Positions 1 through 8,124 of a stretch of 64,000 nt of DNA are shown here, in pieces. This stretch comes from Candidatus Woesearchaeota archaeon B3_Woes (GTDB taxonomy: Archaea; Nanobdellota; Nanobdellia; Woesearchaeales; B3-WOES), in contig NJBG01000001.1 of the NCBI GenBank assembly GCA_005222965.1, positions 208,323-272,322 on the forward strand. The letters are read 5' to 3'. The position numbers were made by a program, and so were the translations under genes. How positions within the stretch are numbered: position 1 is the stretch's first letter; every line of letters begins with the position of its first letter. A model generated the notes under the pieces. That model was not told the origin of the DNA, searched no databases, and was given only the letters and a program-made list of their open reading frames with translations.

Positions 1-250
1 CAACTTTTTCCAATTTTGGTACTAATAATTGTAGTCTAAGCATAGACTGTGTTAAACAATTAATTATATAGTGATTTACAGCAACAATTGTTTGCTGATA
101 TGTAGAAACTACAGCATCTTCTCTTTCTTGTTTCACAGCTTTAGTTATTTCTTCCCTTATATCTTCTGGAAGATTCTCTAAAATTTCTAGAGTGTCATCT
201 GAAATTGAATATAGGCTATCTTTATTTGCATCCTTTTTTGTTCCTGTCAT
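1..250 (-). CDS. Partial ORF running off the window edge; possible HisKA-like (histidine kinase dimerisation) helix
   Basis: Manual translation from ATG 250: MTGTKKDANKDSLYSISDDTLEILENLPEDIREEITKAVKQEREDAVVSTYQQTIVAVNHYIINCLTQSMLRLQLL...; VNHYIINCL resembles an H-box. Confidence 0.5.
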   Translation of the reverse strand, partial: MTGTKKDANKDSLYSISDDTLEILENLPEDIREEITKAVKQEREDAVVSTYQQTIVAVNHYIINCLTQSMLRLQLLVPKLEKV

Positions 251-326
251 TTTTTAAATAATTAATCATACAGAGATTAAAATCTCTCTTTGTTTTGCTT
301 TTTTTCAAAATTAATAATTTTTGTTT

Positions 327-938
327 TTATTTATATCCAAGAAGTTCTTTAATTTCCCTGATATGCCTTTTTTTTCCTTCTTGTCTCAATTCCCTTGCTG
401 ATTGTGTGAAATAATGATGTCGCTCTAAAAAAACAATAAGACCTTCATACCATTCTTTTGGTGTTTTTTGAATACCATGTTTTGCTAACTCCAGTCTTAA
501 TAATTCTGTTTTAATATAGAAATCTTCTCTTCCAAGGTTGTCTAAATCTGCATCGCACATTATTTCTTCTAATTTTGTTTTTGGATTTTGAAGTATTCCT
601 GTTGCCATTATTTCTGTTGCCATTATAATACCAGAAATAACCTCTATGTCTTGCGGACTGTAACCAAAATTTGGCAATGACTTTCTTGCAATCTCTACTC
701 CAATTGGTTCATTATTTTGATATTGTTCCAAAAATCCCATATCATGACATAATCCACCTGTTTTTAGTAAAATAAGTTTTTCCCCTGATACGCCTTCTAA
801 TCTAGCATACCTCTCAATTGCTGGCAATACATCATCTCTGGTATGGGGTAAACCATGAAAAAAGAGATCTGGTGAAAGTTCTCTTTCTAATCTTCCAAAT
901 ACATATTTCTCTGCTGCAGCATAATCTGGTTTTATCAT
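327..938 (-). CDS. HD-domain metal-dependent phosphohydrolase
   Basis: H..HT, LCHDMG and MCDADL motifs. Confidence 0.85.
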   Translation of the reverse strand: MIKPDYAAAEKYVFGRLERELSPDLFFHGLPHTRDDVLPAIERYARLEGVSGEKLILLKTGGLCHDMGFLEQYQNNEPIGVEIARKSLPNFGYSPQDIEVISGIIMATEIMATGILQNPKTKLEEIMCDADLDNLGREDFYIKTELLRLELAKHGIQKTPKEWYEGLIVFLERHHYFTQSARELRQEGKKRHIREIKELLGYK

Positions 939-1145
939 GATATTGTAATTTATAACTACTGATAAATAGTATACTGTATTTAAATCTTACGAAATTATAG
1001 AACTTTCTTTAAATGCTTCTCATTAACACTATAACTCTTATTACTTTCATCTTTACTTTAAGTTTAAATATTCTTAATAATTTTATTGCATCCCTATTTT
1101 AAAATAATAAAAAACGAAAGGTTTAAATAGAACTTGTTATAATAT

Positions 1146-2150
1146 TTGTCATTGATTAATGGTAACAGTATAGAAAAGGAAAGTAAAATGGTTATGGAAA
1201 ATACAGAATACAAATTGCACCAATTAGGGCAACTTGTAGCTCAACCAACACAAAGCGGTATAGAACTTTCAAGCCAAGATTTGGAAGACTTAAATACATT
1301 ACTAGAGGATGGACTAAAACACCCCCTTCTTAGTGTAAATCAGCATGCTTTAGATTTAATAAGTAATGGCATAAAAAATGAAGTATTTGGAGATAGAAGT
1401 AATAGAGATCTATGGGGAAATTTAATAACTAGTCTTGAAGAAATAGCCCAGCATTCTCGTCATCTAAAATTAAGGGAAGATACATTAAGATGCCTAGCAC
1501 TTTTCCCATTAGAAATGCAGCAATACTTAGGCATTGATTTTCCAACTGATTTAAATGGAATGAGTTCTGAAATAATTAATGAAGTTTACAGAAGTAGTTA
1601 TGAGCCTAATATATTCTATACTGAAAGTGGTGAATTTAGGGAAAAAGCAAAAGAACATACTGAAAAAGAAGGAGGGAGTATTCATGACATTAATAGTAGA
1701 GGATGTTTTTATTCAGATGTTTTTAAACAGTGTTTAGTTCATCCTTATATTAACCAATTTTTTAAAGAACAAAGAGATAATACAATATATCCATTTATGA
1801 GATTAAGGTATTTTGAATATATATTACATGAAGTAACCCATGGATTAATTGATTCTGTTCAGAAAGATGAAAAAATTTTGTCCCCGGCTTTGGAAGAACA
1901 TGTCACTTCATTATCTGCACACCAAATAACAGCAGATTATGCATATAAAATAACTAGGGGAAGAATAATCCCAAAATTATATGATGCTTTTGTTAGAAAT
2001 AGTAGAGTAACTTCTTTACTGCCCAGCCAAGAAGCAAGAATGAGGCATATATTTAGTAGTGAAGACATGGGAACTAGTGAAAAAATAGCAAGATATTTTA
2101 TATCTAAATTAAATTCAAGGGAAGGAATGAAAGAGCTAACCTTTTTATAA
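1146..2150 (+). CDS. Hypothetical protein with zincin-like HExxH motif (start may be ATG 1188)
   Basis: ILHEVTHG followed by ALEE; BRE/TATA aaaggtttaaata upstream. Confidence 0.55.
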   Translation: MSLINGNSIEKESKMVMENTEYKLHQLGQLVAQPTQSGIELSSQDLEDLNTLLEDGLKHPLLSVNQHALDLISNGIKNEVFGDRSNRDLWGNLITSLEEIAQHSRHLKLREDTLRCLALFPLEMQQYLGIDFPTDLNGMSSEIINEVYRSSYEPNIFYTESGEFREKAKEHTEKEGGSIHDINSRGCFYSDVFKQCLVHPYINQFFKEQRDNTIYPFMRLRYFEYILHEVTHGLIDSVQKDEKILSPALEEHVTSLSAHQITADYAYKITRGRIIPKLYDAFVRNSRVTSLLPSQEARMRHIFSSEDMGTSEKIARYFISKLNSREGMKELTFL

Positions 2151-2170
2151 TTCACTATTTAGCATGTATG

Positions 2171-2293
2171 TTAAGGTGAAGTTTCTGTTTCTACAGCCTT
2201 TACATATATGGGAGCGTTATAATTGCTAGCTCTTTGGGTTTGTGGAATGCTAATCCAATAATATATTTTTTTATTTATAGTTAATATTTTCAA
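2171..2293 (-). pseudogene. Probable C-terminal remnant of a secreted or surface protein
   Basis: Short frame ...KIYYWISIPQTQRASNYNAPIYVKAVETETSP* with no ATG start. Confidence 0.3.
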
Positions 2294-2354
2294 ATAAAAA
2301 ATTATCTAGTTGACTTAACTACAGAACAATATAAAACATTATTTTAAGTTCATC

Positions 2355-2687
2355 TTATACCATAATATCGATTGTTTTGCCCTTATCTTCAATTTTGATT
2401 TCTTCACCAGTATTCTCACTTGTACTGCATACTACATCAATATTATTACCAAGATTGTTTACATAAGGCAGTGTGCTTTCTGCAAAAATCTGTTCTCTCG
2501 TATAAAAAGGCCTTTGTTCTTTTGTTATATCACTATTAAACTCTGACCAATCTGTTTTCATTACCGGCCGAATTTCTGGTGGTGGTGGAGGTGCTTCTTT
2601 TCTCAATTTTCCCAGTAGATGCTCAAATAAACCAAATGGATAGCCTGCTTCAAAGCATCTTCTTAATTCATCTGTTGAATATATCAT
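2355..2687 (-). CDS. Hypothetical protein
   Basis: 110 aa ORF with TATA-like element upstream. Confidence 0.55.
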   Translation of the reverse strand: MIYSTDELRRCFEAGYPFGLFEHLLGKLRKEAPPPPPEIRPVMKTDWSEFNSDITKEQRPFYTREQIFAESTLPYVNNLGNNIDVVCSTSENTGEEIKIEDKGKTIDIMV

Positions 2688-2807
2688 TTTTCAGCTCATT
2701 AATGTCATAAAGAAGATTAATAAAATATTGTTTATAAATCTTTTGATAATGTTACTACTATAAAATTAATATTTGTCTCTAAAATCCTACTAATATTAAA
2801 TATTTTT

Positions 2808-2987
2808 TCATTTTATATCTCCTTTTATGATTATCTTTCCATCTTTCATACTATGACCTAAGTTAATACAATGTGTTTAGTATTGGTGTTTGTCACTACA
2901 ATTTTCTTCCATTATAATTGTACCACCACTCATTTCTTCGCCAACACCACGAGCATTTCCTTCTATCTTTACTTCACCACCACTCAT
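2808..2987 (-). pseudogene. Fragment of a GXGXG beta-helix protein (FwdC/glutamate synthase C-terminal-like) with in-frame stop
   Basis: MSGGEVKIEGNARGVGEEMSGGTIIMEENCSDKHQY*THCINLGHSMKDGKIIIKGDIK*; TAA at 2877-2879. Confidence 0.7.
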
Positions 2988-3106
2988 ATATAATTTTCTA
3001 ATAAAGACAAAGTATTGCAAAGAGTATTAAAACTTTATTGTTTGATACTACTAATTAAGAGGAACAGAAAAGAAAAGTTTATATATTGGTTATGATTAAC
3101 TAATTT

Positions 3107-3466
3107 ATGGATATCCCTATAATTCATGGAAAAAAAGAAAAAATAGCTGAATTAACAGGTACTGTCCAACGTCTAATCAAAAGATATAATAGAAACAATG
3201 TAGAAACTACAATATTTTTTCTTGGTGGTGATTCTCCTTATACAATACCAGTAGATTTAGAAGATTCTCTGGTTAGGACGCAAATATCAATAACAGAAGA
3301 AAGCCAAAGAGAATTTTTATGGCATATAAAAGAATATAGCATCTTAGGAACCTATTGTGATCAGCATCATACTCAAAGAGAATGGAGAAGGGAATATAAA
3401 CAACAGAGTATAGACAACCCTGCTCCATCTAAAACTCGCTCATCTTCTTCTGGTAACTTCCTTTAA
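3107..3466 (+). CDS. Hypothetical protein
   Basis: 119 aa ORF with aaaagtttatata promoter upstream. Confidence 0.5.
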   Translation: MDIPIIHGKKEKIAELTGTVQRLIKRYNRNNVETTIFFLGGDSPYTIPVDLEDSLVRTQISITEESQREFLWHIKEYSILGTYCDQHHTQREWRREYKQQSIDNPAPSKTRSSSSGNFL

Positions 3467-4079
3467 CAACATTCTTATAAGAAGCCCAAGTCTTTCTGAA
3501 AATATCAGGATATTTATTCCAGTTTTTCTTTAAAAATTCCTGAGTCCTTGGGTCAGAAGGATACCCAGAACCGAAATTAATGTTTATTTTCTTTTTAATC
3601 TTCTCAATTTCACTATCTCTTGTAACCTTTGCTAAAATAGAAGCAGCACCAACAATAACATAATTCAAATCAGCTTTATGCTCTACAATTAATTTAACGT
3701 CTTTCTTTAAAAGATCTTTAACATAATTTGAATAAGCATTAACATTAGTACTAGGACAATCTAGAATTGCTTTATCTGGCTTTAAATTATTCACAATTTC
3801 AGCTGATGTTTTGCCCTCTAATAAATTAAGATTCATGTCCTTTGAATTAAGAACATCATCTACATCTTTAGAACTTAAAACAACTATTTCATAGGATTTG
3901 ACTATTTTCTTAACTTTATCAAAAAGGGAGTTTCTTTCATTAATTGTTAAAAGCTTTGAATCTTTTACACCAATAGACTCTAGTTTAGAAATATCTTTTT
4001 CTTCTATTACAACTCCTGCCATTACTAAAGGGCCTATAACAGGACCTCTTCCAGCTTCATCAATACCGCATAATAACAT
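3429..4079 (-). CDS. rnhB: Ribonuclease HII
   Basis: GIDEAGRGPVIGP, DSK, KAD, AASILAKV, GSGYPSD motifs; C-terminal PIP-like QKKMSEF. Confidence 0.97.
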   Translation of the reverse strand: MLLCGIDEAGRGPVIGPLVMAGVVIEEKDISKLESIGVKDSKLLTINERNSLFDKVKKIVKSYEIVVLSSKDVDDVLNSKDMNLNLLEGKTSAEIVNNLKPDKAILDCPSTNVNAYSNYVKDLLKKDVKLIVEHKADLNYVIVGAASILAKVTRDSEIEKIKKKININFGSGYPSDPRTQEFLKKNWNKYPDIFRKTWASYKNVVKGSYQKKMSEF

Positions 4080-4161
4080 TATTCTTATTAAAAAACATCA
4101 TTAACTTTTAAACTTTGTTAAATCACAAAGTATATAAGTTAGCTTTACTATAATTCCAAAT

Positions 4162-4470
4162 GTGATAAAAAATATTCAATTCATCGGATTGAATAAATTA
4201 GAAGATTTGGAAAAAGACACATTTCAGACACTAACATCTAAATATTACAATAAGATTAAAAGAATACCAAAAGAGATAACTTCTTTAACAATACACATAA
4301 AACAGCACAAAAAAAGCCACCATGTTTCTAGATATTCTTTACATATTAAACTAGTTGTACCTTCAAAGGTTTTTGAAGTCAAAAAAACAGAATGGGGCGT
4401 AACAAAGCTTTTGCATAAATCATTTACAGCATTAGAAAACGAACTTCTAAAATATTATAATATAAAATAG
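4162..4470 (+). CDS. Stand-alone HPF/RaiA-like (ribosome hibernation-type) domain protein
   Basis: beta-alpha-beta-beta-beta-alpha pattern; YSLHIKL...EWGVTKLLHKSFTALENEL resembles archaeal HPF-like domains; GTG start. Confidence 0.5.
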   Translation: MIKNIQFIGLNKLEDLEKDTFQTLTSKYYNKIKRIPKEITSLTIHIKQHKKSHHVSRYSLHIKLVVPSKVFEVKKTEWGVTKLLHKSFTALENELLKYYNIK

Positions 4471-4642
4471 CGGGAGGTGGACTTCCAAAAAAGATATATA
4501 AATATCCTTTTTTTGAACCACCGACCTTTGCCCAAAAAACATAAAATGTTTTTTTCCGGGTGCCTCAGGGAAATCCCTATGAGCCTTCCGCAGTCATGAG
4601 GTCCATGACTTCGACGGGCACTCCTGACTGCCCCATCCCGCT
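4468..4642 (-). tRNA. Initiator tRNA-Met(CAU) with four introns (4586-4611, 4562-4577, 4528-4555, 4482-4511)
   Basis: Removing the four inserts gives the 75-nt AGCGGGATGGGGCAGTCAGGAGTGCCCGTCGGGCTCATAACCCGGAGGTCGGTGGTTCAAATCCACCTCCCGCTA with A1-U72, three G-C anticodon-stem pairs and CAT anticodon; each insert forms a BHB. Confidence 0.92.
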
Positions 4643-4737
4643 ATAGGCCATGTTAATTACAAACTATTTATAAGCTTTTTTATTTAAATAAAAAAATTGG
4701 TAATATTTATAAACTACTTATAGATACTTCAAAATAA

Positions 4738-4897
4738 GCCGCGGTCGCTTAGTCTGGCCATAGCGTCGGATTGCTAGGAACAATATTACCTAGAATCTTA
4801 ATAAAGTTCACAAAAATCCGATGTCCTTCGGGGCACGTGAGTTCAAATTGGTCAAAAGGTTTCAAAGCCTTTTGCTTTGAAAGTCTCACCCGCGGCG
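4738..4897 (+). tRNA. tRNA-Ser(GCU) with two introns (4777-4815 at 37/38; 4848-4883 at 59/60)
   Basis: Acceptor GCCGCGG/CCGCGGC, G73, anticodon stem TCGGA/TCCGA, long variable arm TGTCCTTCGGGGCAC, T stem GTGAG/CTCAC; 85 nt after splicing. Confidence 0.93.
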
Positions 4898-4906
4898 TTT
4901 ATAAAA

Positions 4907-6118
4907 ATGAGAAAAATAAAACTTGAATCGTTTTTTGACGAAAAAACAATGTCAGTTCACCTTAGAGAGGGCTCTTTTCCTTTTGCTAAAAAAGGTTCAC
5001 CTGGAAACTGGGATTTTGTTAAAATAAAGAACAAGGAACTAACTCAGACAGAAATAGAGGAAATAAGCAAGGAAATAATTGAAATAGGAGAAGAAGGTGA
5101 GGAAGGATTTGTAGAAATAAATAGAACAGGTTCTACAATAGCTCAATTAGGGACGTTTAGAATTGTAATAACAAGACCTCCTTTTTCAGACGGATGGGAA
5201 ATTACAGCTGTAAGACCTGTAAAACACCTAAAATTAGAAGAGTATAATCTATCATCAAAACTATTGGAAAGATTAGACAAGCAGGCAGAAGGAATTTTAA
5301 TATCAGGAGCTCCTGGAATGGGAAAATCAACATTTGCTGCTGCTCTAATAGAGCACTATGCAGACAAAGGAAGAATTGTGAAGACAATTGAAGCTCCAAG
5401 GGATTTAGTATTGCCAGAGAGCATAACTCAATACGCCATTTCGCATGGTTCTCCTGAAGAAGTTCATGATATCTTATTATTATCAAGACCAGATTATACA
5501 CTATTTGATGAAATGCGTAATAAAGATGATTTTCATCTATTCTCAGATCTAAGACTATCAGGTATAGGTTTAGCAGGAGTTGTTCATGCAACAAATCCAG
5601 TAGATGCTATACAAAGATTTGTAGGTAAAATAGAGCTAGGAGTAATCCCTCATGTAATAGATACTGTAATTTTCATAAAAGATGGAAAAATAGATAAGGT
5701 TCTGGGCCTACAAATTGAAGTCAAGGTTCCATCAGGAATGACAGAAGCTGATTTAGCAAGACCCATTGTTACTGTAAAAGATTTTGAAACAAACAAGCTT
5801 GAATATGAATTATATTCTTATGGTGAAGAAACTGTTGTAGTGCCTGTTGCAGAACAAACAATAAAAAAAACAGGTGCAAAAAGATTAGCAGCACAAGCAA
5901 TAAAAGATTATTTCTTAAAATACTCAGACATGGTGGAAGTAGATGTTGTTTCTGAAAACAAAGCAGTTGTTAATGTTCCAGAATATGCTATTTCTGGAAT
6001 AATTGGAAAAGCAGGAAAACATATTAATGAGATTGAGAAAAATTTAGGAATTAGCATTGATGTAGGAGAAATACAAGGACATTTTACTAATAAGAATAAA
6101 AAGAAAAAACGAAGATAA
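4907..6118 (+). CDS. PINA-family (PilT/VirB11-like) ATPase with KH domain, lacking the N-terminal PIN domain
   Basis: FFDEKTMSVHLREG, IVITRPPFSDGWEITAVRP, Walker A GAPGMGKST, LLLSRPDYTLFDEMR, KH GxxG IIGKAG; start moved to ATG 4907 because 4877 lies inside the tRNA. Confidence 0.88.
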   Translation: MRKIKLESFFDEKTMSVHLREGSFPFAKKGSPGNWDFVKIKNKELTQTEIEEISKEIIEIGEEGEEGFVEINRTGSTIAQLGTFRIVITRPPFSDGWEITAVRPVKHLKLEEYNLSSKLLERLDKQAEGILISGAPGMGKSTFAAALIEHYADKGRIVKTIEAPRDLVLPESITQYAISHGSPEEVHDILLLSRPDYTLFDEMRNKDDFHLFSDLRLSGIGLAGVVHATNPVDAIQRFVGKIELGVIPHVIDTVIFIKDGKIDKVLGLQIEVKVPSGMTEADLARPIVTVKDFETNKLEYELYSYGEETVVVPVAEQTIKKTGAKRLAAQAIKDYFLKYSDMVEVDVVSENKAVVNVPEYAISGIIGKAGKHINEIEKNLGISIDVGEIQGHFTNKNKKKKRR

Positions 6119-6128
6119 GTGATAATAA

Positions 6129-6968
6129 ATGTTAAAATTGATTATTATAGTGATTATTTTTGCTCTTCTTCAAAAAAAAATAAGATTTTATTTTGTAACA
6201 AAAAAGCACAAAAAAACATATCCTATAATGAAAGGTGCTGAACCCTATTTTATTAAAAAAGGAAAAACAGGTGTTTTGCTTCTGCACGGTTTGACTAGTA
6301 CACCGCAAGAATTAAGATTTCTTGCTAAATATCTTGCTTCAAAAAATTTTTCTGTTTACGCTCCTTTAATAAAAGGACACGGCACTAATGTAATAGACCT
6401 TGCAAGAACAAAAGAAAAAGATTGGGAAAATTCTGCTCTAAAAGGATTTGACAAACTATCTAAATCAACTAATAGAGTTTATGTTATAGGAAGCTCTATG
6501 GGCGGAAATTTATCTTTTAGAATAGCCACTAAAAGAAATGTTGAAGGAATTGTTGTTATGGGTACTGCAATGTTCTTCAAAAGACAACTTTTTAATAAAA
6601 TTCTATTTAAATTTATTAAGTTATTCAAGAATTTTGTAAGAAAGGAGTATCCTGATGAAAAGATAAAAAAGTTGGTAAAGAAGAAAACCCAGTATATGGA
6701 ATTTCCATTAAACTGCATTAGTGATTTAATTAAGCTTATCAGAATATCTGAGAAAGATTTGCCAAAAATAACAGCTCCTTCCTTAATTATGCAGTCTTCA
6801 ACAGATCATATCCTACCAAAAGAAAATGCACAATGGATTTACAAACATATTGGTTCAGTTAAAAAAAGAATTTTTATGGTTCCAAATTCTTATCATGTTT
6901 TCTGTATTGATAAAAACAGAAACATAGCTTTCAAAGAAATATATAGGTTTATTAAAGAAACTAGTTAA
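6129..6968 (+). CDS. Alpha/beta-hydrolase (carboxylesterase/monoacylglycerol lipase-like) with N-terminal membrane anchor
   Basis: LLLHGLTS, GHGT, GSSMGG nucleophile elbow, D and H (SYHV) of the triad. Confidence 0.88.
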   Translation: MLKLIIIVIIFALLQKKIRFYFVTKKHKKTYPIMKGAEPYFIKKGKTGVLLLHGLTSTPQELRFLAKYLASKNFSVYAPLIKGHGTNVIDLARTKEKDWENSALKGFDKLSKSTNRVYVIGSSMGGNLSFRIATKRNVEGIVVMGTAMFFKRQLFNKILFKFIKLFKNFVRKEYPDEKIKKLVKKKTQYMEFPLNCISDLIKLIRISEKDLPKITAPSLIMQSSTDHILPKENAQWIYKHIGSVKKRIFMVPNSYHVFCIDKNRNIAFKEIYRFIKETS

Positions 6969-8032
6969 GCAAAAGCGAGTGCTCTTTCTAATTTTTGGTT
7001 TAACCTATTTCTATTTACAACAGCTAAAGCAGTTACTGTATCTCCAGCACCATAAGAGATTTTTAGATTATAATTTTGAGGTATTGCTCCACAAGGATTT
7101 AGATTATCCTTTTGAGGTATTGCTCCACAAGGAAAAACAACATTATTAACAAGACCTATTTTTTCATAATGTGTTTCTGGTTGAAAAATCGGTCCAAGTC
7201 TAACTATTTCTTTAGAAGGGTCTTCTAAATTCAACAAAGCAACTCCTACCCTATATACATTATCCTTATCAACACCATGATAATACAGCTCCCATCCTTC
7301 TTCTGTTTTTATTGGAGAGAAGCATGCTCCAATCTTCAGTTTTTCCCACCACAATTTTGGTTTCATTATAATTCTATGACCATACCAATTTATTAAATCA
7401 TCAGAATAAGCCATCCATATATTTACCCCATCTCTCCTATGAAGCATAATGTAACTTCCACCTATCTTTTCAGGAAAAAGAGCAGCATCTTTGTTAGAGA
7501 CATCTTCATTATCTCTTAAAATTACACCATATCTTTTAAAGTTTCTAAAATCAGTTGTAGATGCTAAAGACACTCTCGCTTCAACACTCTTTTTTCCTTC
7601 TATCCTTTTAACAGCAGTATATGGTACATAGAACCTATCATCTATAAAAATAACTCTTGGATCTTCAACTCCGTGTTTTTCATCATCTCCTTCTGGCTTG
7701 AATACTGGTTCATCAGATGCTCTTTCAAAATGTAATTCATCTTGACTTGTTGCTAATCCAAAACTTGATGTTCCTTCTCTTCTCCATTTACAAGTCTCAT
7801 CCTCTCCAAAAGCCCTGTAAAGTAAACCAATAGAATCTTCTAATCTAAAAATAGGGCCATTAATAACAGCTTTGCTTTCCCAAGGTCGTCCATTTGGAGC
7901 TAGAACTATACCGTGTCTTGAAACAAGTTCTGGTAAACCCAAACCCATACGTCTTTCTAAATCACCCACAGAATTCTCTTCCCCACTTCCTTCATTACCC
8001 ATTGCTGGTTCTCCTACCAGCCCCCTTTTCAT
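6965..8032 (-). CDS. GH130 family glycoside phosphorylase/glycosidase
   Basis: WE..AVIN, GVEDPRV, NKDAALFPEKIGG, YHGV, NVVFPCG, YGAGD motifs. Confidence 0.9.
   Translation of the reverse strand: MKRGLVGEPAMGNEGSGEENSVGDLERRMGLGLPELVSRHGIVLAPNGRPWESKAVINGPIFRLEDSIGLLYRAFGEDETCKWRREGTSSFGLATSQDELHFERASDEPVFKPEGDDEKHGVEDPRVIFIDDRFYVPYTAVKRIEGKKSVEARVSLASTTDFRNFKRYGVILRDNEDVSNKDAALFPEKIGGSYIMLHRRDGVNIWMAYSDDLINWYGHRIIMKPKLWWEKLKIGACFSPIKTEEGWELYYHGVDKDNVYRVGVALLNLEDPSKEIVRLGPIFQPETHYEKIGLVNNVVFPCGAIPQKDNLNPCGAIPQNYNLKISYGAGDTVTALAVVNRNRLNQKLERALAFA
7062..7133. repeat. 36-nt tandem duplication inside the GH130 gene
   Basis: tttagattatAAttttgaggtattgctccacaagga / tttagattatCCttttgaggtattgctccacaagga (34/36 identical). 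Confidence 0.9.
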
Positions 8033-8124
8033 TATATAGTATTGAATAAATTACTTTATAAACTTTATGATTTTTTTATAAAAACTAGAAACCTTTTTAT
8101 AATAAAGGGCCTTTAAATAATAAA

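Noticed and set aside
4482..4555. A/T-rich hairpins read as terminators
   Set aside because: They sit precisely inside tRNA exons with BHB geometry, so they are better explained as introns.
4528..4555. Alternative register placing intron 3 at 44/45 with a fully paired central helix
   Set aside because: It would leave a 7-nt variable loop (AAAGGTC); the 43/44 register restores the canonical AGGTC.
4877..4906. ORF-track N-terminus MKVSPAAFIK of the ATPase
   Set aside because: It lies within the tRNA-Ser intron and 3' exon; ATG 4907 is the plausible start.
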